Shown here piece by piece: positions 1 to 6,044 of a DNA stretch of 20,565 nt. The DNA comes from a virus. Made by a program: the position numbers and the translations under genes. The notes under the pieces are model-generated. The model was not told the origin of the DNA and ran no database searches. It was given only the letters and a program-made list of their open reading frames with translations. Position 1 is the first letter of the stretch, and each line of letters starts with the position of its first letter. The stretch lies in the UHGV virus genome UHGV-0070025; one strand, written 5' to 3'.

Positions 1-23
1 CGGTATTACGTCGTTCGCTGGGG

Positions 24-503
24 TTGCGTGCGGAAAAAATCCGCTCAATGTACCGTGAAAGCGACATCGTACCGGGAGAGCAGACCGCCACCAGCATACT
101 GAAGCAGCGCACAAAAAATCTTGCGCCGCTGCCTCACGCCCACCAGCAAAACCCGCCACAGGAAGAGACGGTGGTCAGCATTGCCGTTGATCCTGAGTCT
201 CCGGAATCTTTCATGAAACGACCTAAACGTCGCCGCTGGGTTAACGAGAAATACACACGCTGGGTGAAGACACAGCCGTGTGCGTGTTGTGGTAAGCCAG
301 CCGACGATCCCCATCACCTGATTGGTCATGGTCAGGGCGGAATGGGGACAAAATCTCACGATATTTTCACGCTACCGCTGTGTCGGGAGCATCACAACGA
401 GCTTCATGCGGATCCTCTGGCGTTCGAAGAAAAGCATGGTTCTCAGGTTGATTTAATTTTTCGTTTTCTTGATCACGCCTTTGCAACTGGCGTGCTTGGG
501 TAA
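24..503 (+). CDS. nin-region phage protein with Cys/His zinc-binding (HNH-like) motif; probably 5'-truncated by the window edge
   Basis: Reading frame is open from the window start (no stop upstream of the TTG at 24). C-terminus carries CACCGKP..DPHHL..LCREHHNELH. Sits directly upstream of rusA, as nin-region genes do in lambdoid phages. Family name (DUF968-like) is recalled, not verified. Confidence 0.6.
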   Translation: MRAEKIRSMYRESDIVPGEQTATSILKQRTKNLAPLPHAHQQNPPQEETVVSIAVDPESPESFMKRPKRRRWVNEKYTRWVKTQPCACCGKPADDPHHLIGHGQGGMGTKSHDIFTLPLCREHHNELHADPLAFEEKHGSQVDLIFRFLDHAFATGVLG

Positions 504-515
504 AAGAGGTGACTG

Positions 516-890
516 ATGCTCATAGATTTGGTTTTACCTTACCCGCCGACGGTGAACACTTACTGGCGACGCCGTGGCAGCACATATTTTATCTCGGAGG
601 AGGGAAAGCGTTATCGCCGGGCTGTGGCGCTTATTGTTCGCCAGCAGCGGCTGAAATTAAGCCTGTCCGGAAGGCTGGCGATAAAGGTGATTGCAGAGCC
701 ACCGGATAAGCGTCGTCGCGACCTGGACAATATCCTGAAAGCACCGCTGGATGCGCTGACGCATGCGGGAGTGTTAATGGACGATGAGCAGTTTGATGAA
801 ATCAATATCGTTCGTGGTCAGCCAGTATCTGGTGGACGTATGGGGGTGAAGATTTACCCCATAATGCATGAAGAGCAGGTCAAAAAATGA
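516..890 (+). CDS. rusA: crossover junction endodeoxyribonuclease RusA (Holliday junction resolvase)
   Basis: 124 aa; translation has RusA-typical N-terminus (LPYPPTVNTYWRRRG) and the RRRDLDN(I)LKA..DALT catalytic acidic motif; AAGAGG Shine-Dalgarno upstream; position just before Q. Confidence 0.9.
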   Translation: MLIDLVLPYPPTVNTYWRRRGSTYFISEEGKRYRRAVALIVRQQRLKLSLSGRLAIKVIAEPPDKRRRDLDNILKAPLDALTHAGVLMDDEQFDEINIVRGQPVSGGRMGVKIYPIMHEEQVKK

Positions 891-1708
891 AACTGGAAGA
901 TTTACCGAAATACTACTCCCCAAAATCCCCTGGCCTGACCGATGCATCGGCCTCAACGTCAAAAGATGCGCTGAGTATCACTGATGTGATGGCCGCGCAG
1001 GGCATGACACAGAATCGGGCTGAGATGGGGTTTTCTGCGTTCCTGGGGAAAATGGGCATCAGTATGAATGACAGGGCGCGGGCAACAGAATTACTGGCAG
1101 ATTATGCACTCAGTCGGTGCGATCGTGTGGCGGCGTTGAGAAAACTTCCGGCAGAAATAAAACCGGTAGTGATGCGCATTATGGCTTCGTATGCGTTTGA
1201 AGATTATGCCCGTAGCGCGGCGAGCAAAAAACAGTGCCCTTGCTGTCACGGAAAAAAATTTATTGAAAGCGAGGTTTTTACAAACAAGATCCAGTATCCG
1301 GATGGTAAGCCACCAGTGTGGGCAAAGTGCACAAAAGGCGTGTATCCGTCTTACTGGGAAGAATGGAAAAAAGTCAGGGAGGTGGTAAAAGTTGCCTGTC
1401 CGGAGTGTGGCGGAAAGGGTGAGGTTTCCACCGCCTGTAAGGATTGCCGTGGGCGTGGTGTCGCCATTCATCGTGAAGAGTCGGTAAAACGTGGTATGCC
1501 TGTTATCAGAGATTGCCAGCGTTGTGGTGGTCGTGGCTGTGAAAGGCTGCCATCAACGGAGGCATTTAATGCCATATGCAAAGTGACGAGTGCTATCACG
1601 CTTGATACGTGGAAAAAATCAGTGAAACGCTTTTACGATACGTTGGTGGTTCGGTTTGACATTGAAGAGGCATGGGCGGAGCGGCAGTTAAAGAGGGTAA
1701 CGCGATAG
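887..1708 (+). CDS. late-gene antitermination protein Q homologue with Cys-rich zinc-finger region
   Basis: 273 aa; ATGA start/stop overlap with rusA; four CxxCxGxG-like repeats (CPCCHGKK, CPECGGKG, CKDCRGRG, CQRCGGRG); lies immediately upstream of a pR'-like promoter and short terminator, the canonical Q position. Confidence 0.65.
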   Translation: MKLEDLPKYYSPKSPGLTDASASTSKDALSITDVMAAQGMTQNRAEMGFSAFLGKMGISMNDRARATELLADYALSRCDRVAALRKLPAEIKPVVMRIMASYAFEDYARSAASKKQCPCCHGKKFIESEVFTNKIQYPDGKPPVWAKCTKGVYPSYWEEWKKVREVVKVACPECGGKGEVSTACKDCRGRGVAIHREESVKRGMPVIRDCQRCGGRGCERLPSTEAFNAICKVTSAITLDTWKKSVKRFYDTLVVRFDIEEAWAERQLKRVTR

Positions 1709-1710
1709 TG

Positions 1711-1760
1711 TTGTTGATTTTTCCCGAATCTGTGGTAAATTTGCTCTAACGATGGGCGTT
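1711..1760 (+). promoter_or_regulatory. late promoter pR'-like with putative Q-utilisation/pause region
   Basis: GGTAAATTTGCTCTAACGATGGG (1733-1756) closely resembles the lambda pR' -10 and initial transcribed region as I recall it (GGGTAAATTTGACTCAACGATGGG); candidate -35 TTGATT at 1714-1719. Confidence 0.55.
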
Positions 1761-1787
1761 TTATGCCTGACGTTAGAAGATTTTTTA

Positions 1788-1812
1788 CACCCCGCCGCCT
1801 GGCGGGTTTTTT
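1788..1812 (+). terminator. intrinsic terminator (tR'-like) about 40-60 nt downstream of the pR' start
   Basis: CCCGCC-GCCT-GGCGGG hairpin followed by TTTTTT. Confidence 0.75.
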
Positions 1813-1932
1813 ATGACTGAAATCGCGTCAGTACAGTAAACGCGCTGGTGGCGGTGAATACCTGTCTTTCAGCTTGCTGGCTTTTTCGACAAGAGTTATT
1901 GGTGTGTCACGTTAACCGGAAAAGGAAAAGAC

Positions 1933-2130
1933 ATGCTAAAACAGCAGGATATGACAGAAACCGCCAGAGTGGTGTTTAATGAATTAAGCGTTACCGACCC
2001 GGCGACAGTCGGGGAGATAGCGCAGAATACTTACCTTTCACGCGAACGCTGCCAGTTAATACTGACTCAGCTGGTTATGGCGGGTCTGGCAGACTATCAG
2101 TTCGGTTGTTACAGACGCCTTCCGCAGTGA
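1933..2130 (+). CDS. small hypothetical protein, possible helix-turn-helix
   Basis: 65 aa; AAGGAAAAG RBS 6 nt upstream of ATG; segment TVGEIAQNTYLSRERCQLIL looks HTH-like; stop codon sits inside a terminator hairpin. Confidence 0.5.
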   Translation: MLKQQDMTETARVVFNELSVTDPATVGEIAQNTYLSRERCQLILTQLVMAGLADYQFGCYRRLPQ

Positions 2131-2144
2131 AGGCTTTTTTATTT
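2117..2144 (+). terminator. intrinsic terminator
   Basis: GCCTTC-cgcagt-GAAGGC hairpin followed by TTTTTTATTT. Confidence 0.7.
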
Positions 2145-2158
2145 GTGGTAAATGGGCG

Positions 2159-2187
2159 GCTGGTGGGTGTTAGGGGCACCCACCAGC
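2159..2187 (+). promoter_or_regulatory. 11-bp perfect stem hairpin following a second TGTGGTAAAT motif
   Basis: GCTGGTGGGTG-ttagggg-CACCCACCAGC; no U-tract; directly preceded by TGTGGTAAAT (2144-2153), identical to the pR' -10 region at 1731-1740. Confidence 0.35.
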
Positions 2188-2280
2188 CATCTGCTCATGC
2201 GTCCGGATCACAAGCAAACCTCAGGCCCACTGCTTTGCGCAAAAGCAGAATGAGCCTATCAGAGACAGGCTTAATGATCC

Positions 2281-3365
2281 ATGCTTAATACTGTAAAAAT
2301 ATCCAGTTGTGAGTTAATCAACGCCGACTGCCTGGAATTTATCCGGTCGTTACCCGAAAATTCTGTTGACCTGATAGTCACGGACCCGCCGTACTTTAAA
2401 GTGAAGCCTGAGGGCTGGGATAACCAGTGGAAGGGCGACGATGATTACCTGAAGTGGCTGGACCAGTGTCTGGCGCAGTTCTGGCGGGTGCTGAAACCTG
2501 CCGGAAGTCTTTACCTGTTCTGTGGTCATCGCCTGGCATCTGATATCGAAATCATGATGCGTGAACGCTTCAGTGTGCTGAACCATATTATCTGGGCGAA
2601 GCCGTCCGGACGCTGGAACGGATGCAACAAGGAAAGGCTGCGGGCGTATTTCCGTGACTAAACAAGGAAGGGCGGGGGGCTTTTTCCCCCGCCACAGAGC
2701 GCATTCTGTTCGCGGAACATTATCAGGGGCCGTATCGTCCGAAAGATGCCGGGTATGCGGCGAAGGGCAGTGCACTGAAACAGCATGTGATGGCCCCGCT
2801 GATTTCTTACTTTCGTGATGCGCGCGCGGCCCTGGGGATAACGGCAAAACAGATTGCAGATGCCACAGGAAAGAAAAACATGGTGTCGCACTGGTTCAGT
2901 GCCAGTCAGTGGCAGCTACCGAATGAAAGCGATTATCTGAAATTACAGGCGCTGTTTGCCCGGGTGGCAGAAGAGAAGCATCGGCGTGGTGAACTGGAAA
3001 AGCTCCACCACCAGCTGGTGGATACGTATACCTCACTGAACCGGCAGTATGCGGAGCTGCTGAGTGAATATAAACATCTGCGGCGGTATTTTGGCGTGAC
3101 GGTGCAGGTGCCGTATACCGATGTGTGGACGCATAAACCGGTGCAGTTCTATCCCGGGAAACATCCGTGCGAAAAACCGGCAGAAATGCTGCAGCAGATA
3201 ATCAGCGCAAGTAGCCGTCCTGGTGATCTGGTTGCGGATTTTTTCATGGGGTCGGGTTCAACGGTAAAAGCGGCGATGGCACTGGGGCGTCGTGCGATTG
3301 GTGTTGAGCTGGAGACCGGACGTTTTGAGCAGACAGTCAGGGAAGTTCAGGATTTAATCGTTTGA
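2281..3365 (+). pseudogene. beta-class (DPPY...FxGxG) DNA N6-adenine/N4-cytosine methyltransferase, interrupted between the two halves
   Basis: N-terminal part (2281-2661, frame 1) carries motif IV LIVTDPPY. C-terminal part (frame 3, open from 2658, ORF-track start 2787, to 3365) carries motif I DFFMGSGST. Frame 1 stops at TAA 2659-2661; frame 3 has TGA at 2655-2657. The halves cannot be joined without a frame change. Confidence 0.75.
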
Positions 3366-3414
3366 AACGGATGAGATTGCAGAATTAATTACGCACCATT
3401 ATTATTCTGCTCCC

Positions 3415-3490
3415 GGCCCTTTAGCTCAGTGGTGAGAGCGAGCGACTCATAATCGCCAGGTCGCTGGTTCAAATCCAGCAAGGGCCACCA
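3415..3490 (+). tRNA. tRNA with anticodon CAT (Ile2-lysidine or Met type)
   Basis: 76 nt cloverleaf: acceptor GGCCCTT/AAGGGCC, D-arm GCTCAGTGGTGAGAGC, anticodon loop CTCATAA, T-loop TTCAAAT, 3' CCA encoded. Matches the ileZ position of Stx-type phages. Confidence 0.9.
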
Positions 3491-3497
3491 TCACATA

Positions 3498-3574
3498 CCG
3501 CCATTAGCTCATCAGGATAGAGCACCAGCCTTCGAAGCTGGTTGCGCGGGGTTCGAGTCCTCGATGGCGGTCCA
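3498..3574 (+). tRNA. tRNA-Arg (anticodon TCG)
   Basis: 77 nt: acceptor CCGCCAT/ATGGCGG, anticodon stem CCAGC/GCTGG with loop CTTCGAA, T-loop TTCGAGT, CCA encoded. Confidence 0.85.
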
Positions 3575-3587
3575 TTATCTGTACCCT

Positions 3588-3664
3588 GCGTTGTTAGCTC
3601 AACCGGACAGAGCAATTGCCTTCTAAGCAATCGGTCACTGGTTCGAATCCAGTACAACGCGCCA
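3588..3664 (+). tRNA. tRNA-Arg (anticodon TCT)
   Basis: 77 nt: acceptor GCGTTGT/ACAACGC, anticodon stem ATTGC/GCAAT with loop CTTCTAA, T-loop TTCGAAT, CCA encoded. Confidence 0.9.
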
Positions 3665-3678
3665 GACTTATTTTTCCC

Positions 3679-3704
3679 GGCTCGCTTTTGCGGGCCTTTT
3701 TTTT
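3679..3704 (+). terminator. intrinsic terminator after the tRNA cluster
   Basis: GGCTCGC-tttt-GCGGGCC stem (one G.U pair) followed by T8. Confidence 0.7.
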
Positions 3705-3710
3705 AAATGT

Positions 3711-3925
3711 CTCACAATTCAGACGGTTGACAGTTGTCTGTTTTGCGGGGAGTTTGTTAAAAGAAACTGGCATGGTGAATCCCCCTGTGCGGATGGGCAA
3801 TCAGCGAGTAGGTATATGGGATAATCGCGGATTCAGGTGCTGGTACTGAATTCACCGGGAGGCACCCGGCACCATGCAATGGCACATAGCGCCACTCTCC
3901 AGCCCCTCTCCGGAGGGGCTTTTCT
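3711..3925 (+). ncRNA. candidate structured small RNA, tandem unit A
   Basis: Begins with CTCACAATTCAG then TTGACA; shares conserved blocks with unit B (TTTGTTAAAA, GCATGGTGAATCCCCCTG, CACCGGGAGGCACCCGGCACCATG); ends in terminator GCCCCTC-tccg-GAGGGGC + TTTTCT (3902-3925). No convincing ORF. Confidence 0.35.
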
Positions 3926-4114
3926 GTGCCGGATACATCACAGTTTCTGGAACCTTAGGTACTACAGTATCAGTCAGGGTGCTATATTTTCAGATGTGAT
4001 GAAAGCCTGTCAGCAGGCAGGGCGTATCGGAAATGACCCAGTAGAGAAAACGTTGACTCAGATACCGGTGCTGAGTTACCGGGAAACCGGCATCACATGA
4101 CCGCTATCCTTCCA

Positions 4115-4141
4115 GGCCCATCCGCTCCGGTGGGCCTTTTT
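4115..4141 (+). terminator. intrinsic terminator
   Basis: GGCCCA...TGGGCC stem followed by TTTTT. Confidence 0.55.
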
Positions 4142-4178
4142 ACTGCAGAAAACAGGTTCCCCGTTAAATGCTATGTTG

Positions 4179-4412
4179 CTCACAATTCAGTAAGTTGACA
4201 GTTGCCTGTCAGACTGGGCATTTGTTAAAAAAATTTCGCATGGTGAATCCCCCTGAGCGGAGGGGCGACTGGTGACGGTATAATCTCTGATTATCAAAAC
4301 GAGAATGACGCGGGTTTAGTGGCACCGGGCTGAACTCACCGGGAGGCACCCGGCACCATGTGCATGATGATACAGATACGCGGCTTTAGCCCCTCTCCGG
4401 AGGGGTTTTCTT
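4179..4412 (+). ncRNA. candidate structured small RNA, tandem unit B (paralogue of unit A)
   Basis: Same block order as unit A, 468 bp downstream; contains a perfect TATAAT at 4279-4284; ends in terminator GCCCCTC-tccg-GAGGGG(T) + TTTTCTT (4389-4412). Confidence 0.35.
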
Positions 4413-4417
4413 GTGGG

Positions 4418-4447
4418 CAAAAAAAGCCCGCGCTGGGAGACGCGGGC
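4418..4447 (-). terminator. minus-strand intrinsic terminator, back-to-back with the unit B terminator
   Basis: On the minus strand: GCCCGCG-tctcccag-CGCGGGC followed by TTTTTTT (the plus-strand A-run at 4418-4425). Confidence 0.45.
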
Positions 4448-4640
4448 GGCAAGGAATAAACAATAAAACGTGAAGTAATATTTCAGCTGGCGAATAATAC
4501 CCCATAGTAATCACTCTGCGCAACTGCGCGGTCTTTTTCGAATTGCGGGCTGTCGTCTCTCTTCTGCCATTGTCCTGTAACTTCCGGACTTCAGCCCGCT
4601 CCTTATTTTACTCACAATATTATCCCGGCCGGGAGGATTC

Positions 4641-4868
4641 ATGGCATTTAAACACTATGACGTGGTCAGGGCGGTATCGCCGTCAGACCTTGCGAAACGA
4701 CTGACACAAAAACTGAAGGAGGGCTGGCAGCCGTTTGGTAGTCCGGTGGCCATAACCCCTTATACCCTGATGCAGGCGATTGCAGCAGAAGGTGATGTGG
4801 TGGTCAGTGGTGCAACTGAGCCGGATTGGTACTACGTCATCGTACTGGCCCGGCATTCCAGGCCATAA
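4641..4868 (+). CDS. small phage protein, DUF1737-like
   Basis: 75 aa; GGGAGG RBS 5-6 nt upstream of ATG; pattern YDVV..S.SDLAKRL..KL.EGWQPFG resembles DUF1737 as I recall it (unverified). Confidence 0.6.
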   Translation: MAFKHYDVVRAVSPSDLAKRLTQKLKEGWQPFGSPVAITPYTLMQAIAAEGDVVVSGATEPDWYYVIVLARHSRP

Positions 4869-5072
4869 AAGACAGTCTGGCAGTGGGACTAAATGCACTG
4901 ACGCTGATGGATATTACCAAAAATGTAACGTATGGCGTTGAGATAGAAAGTCTGGCGCTGGAGATAAATGCACCGGCATCATCATAAAAAGTGAGCCAGT
5001 CAAATGGAAGGTATCGTTAAACTCACCGGTAGTGTCAGTGGGTCGTCTGAGACGCTTGCATGAGTTATCAGA

Positions 5073-5102
5073 GCCATCAGTAGTTAACTGGTGGCTTTTT
5101 TA
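5073..5102 (+). terminator. intrinsic terminator just upstream of the lysis cassette
   Basis: GCCATCAG-tagttaa-CTGGTGGC (one G.U pair) followed by TTTTTTATTGTTTT. Confidence 0.65.
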
Positions 5103-5136
5103 TTGTTTTCAGCTTCCGGATAACGGGAGACGGGGT

Positions 5137-5352
5137 ATGGACCAGATGGAAAAAATCACAACAGGTGTGTCATACACCACGTCAGCGGTGGGAACGGGCT
5201 ACTGGTTCCTGCAGTTGCTGGACAGGGTTTCCCCGTCTCAGTGGGCGGCAATAGGCGTGCTGGGGAGTCTGCTGTTTGGGCTGCTGACATATCTGACTAA
5301 CCTGTATTTCAAAATCAGAGAGGACCGTCGTAAGGCGGCACGGGGAGAGTAA
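5137..5352 (+). CDS. S: class II holin / pinholin (phage 21 S-like) with dual-start motif
   Basis: 71 aa from ATG 5137; GGGAGA RBS; begins MDQMEK (Met1 and Met4, as in S21 antiholin/holin pair); C-terminus [22 protein letters not shown] matches S21 as recalled. The ORF-track start at 5032 is an upstream in-frame extension. Confidence 0.85.
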   Translation: MDQMEKITTGVSYTTSAVGTGYWFLQLLDRVSPSQWAAIGVLGSLLFGLLTYLTNLYFKIREDRRKAARGE

Positions 5353-5356
5353 TTCA

Positions 5357-5701
5357 ATGACTCAAAACTATGAACTGATTGTGAAAGGGATCCGCAATTT
5401 TGAGAATAAAGTTACGGTAACTTTAGCGTTACGGGACAAAAAACGCTTTGACGGTGAAATTTTTGACCTGGACATCTCGCTGGACCGTGTTGAAGGTGCT
5501 GCGCTGGAGTTTTATGAGGCAGCGGCCAGAAGGAGCATCAGACAGGTCTTCCTGGATGTCGCTGCCGGGTTATGTGAAGGGGATGAGCAGTCGCCGGAAA
5601 AGCGCCCCGTAATTTTAGAGGCGCAGAATGTGTGGATAACCTACAAAGGAAAGCTACCGGGAAGGATTACTGGTTCCCTGAAGACTCCGCCGAAATGGTA
5701 G
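5357..5701 (+). CDS. hypothetical protein (accessory gene inserted between holin and endolysin)
   Basis: 114 aa; GGGGAGAG RBS overlapping the holin stop (translational coupling); no transmembrane segment evident; no family recognised. Confidence 0.6.
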   Translation: MTQNYELIVKGIRNFENKVTVTLALRDKKRFDGEIFDLDISLDRVEGAALEFYEAAARRSIRQVFLDVAAGLCEGDEQSPEKRPVILEAQNVWITYKGKLPGRITGSLKTPPKW

Positions 5702-5939
5702 TTTTGCCAGCATAATTTTCTTCCAGCAATGCCGCCAGCCACTTGAAAGAATTTTGTTGTTCCTGGGACCATTTGGGGTTGCGTGATTCAAAATGAATGG
5801 ATGCCAGCGTTGGCAGCATTTGCTCCCTGGGAATTGATAAGGCCAGATGTGAAAATGCAACAGTGAGGGCATTTACATCATCCCGAAGCCTGGAAATGCA
5901 GTCGAGCAACTCCTGTAGAGAAATGGTGCTATTGTCCAT
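5667..5939 (-). CDS. hypothetical protein, convergent with and 3'-overlapping the preceding gene
   Basis: 90 aa on the minus strand; strong GAGGA RBS 6-7 nt upstream of ATG; 35-nt 3' overlap with the + strand ORF; no family recognised. Confidence 0.55.
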   Translation of the reverse strand: MDNSTISLQELLDCISRLRDDVNALTVAFSHLALSIPREQMLPTLASIHFESRNPKWSQEQQNSFKWLAALLEENYAGKTTISAESSGNQ

Positions 5940-6044
5940 AAATAATCCTCTTGATTGTCTTTACCTTTTCCCCGCCTGATTCAACAGGCCGGGACAGATA
6001 AACATATCCAGGGTTCAGAAACCGATAAATCCTGATAAATATCC

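Noticed and set aside
45-359. 104-aa minus-strand ORF within the first gene
   Set aside because: Antisense to the nin-region Cys/His protein frame, which carries the conserved metal-binding motif.
2350-2891. Minus-strand ORFs of 165 aa and 77 aa across the methyltransferase break
   Set aside because: Antisense to both methyltransferase halves and without convincing start signals; considered as a cause of the interruption but the translations have no recognisable features.
3469-3849. Short ORFs on both strands overlapping the tRNA genes and unit A
   Set aside because: They run through tRNA cloverleafs and terminator hairpins; the region is better explained as RNA genes.
3837-4100. 87-aa ORF spanning the end of unit A and the following spacer
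   Set aside because: It reads straight through the unit A terminator hairpin and lacks an RBS; only its last 33 codons (from ATG 3996) could be a separate micro-ORF, without support.
3711-4412. Tandem repeats as a possible CRISPR array
   Set aside because: Only two copies, each about 220 bp and 468 bp apart, with internal divergence and promoter/terminator features; no short regular repeat-spacer periodicity anywhere in the window.
4883-4987. 26-34 codon ORF ([26 protein letters not shown]) after the DUF1737-like gene
   Set aside because: Too short and without a clear RBS to call from sequence alone; noted but not annotated.
3665-5130. Shiga toxin genes stxA/stxB downstream of the tRNA trio
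   Set aside because: No ORFs of the right size or with signal-peptide A/B subunit features are present; the interval is occupied by non-coding units and a 75-aa ORF.
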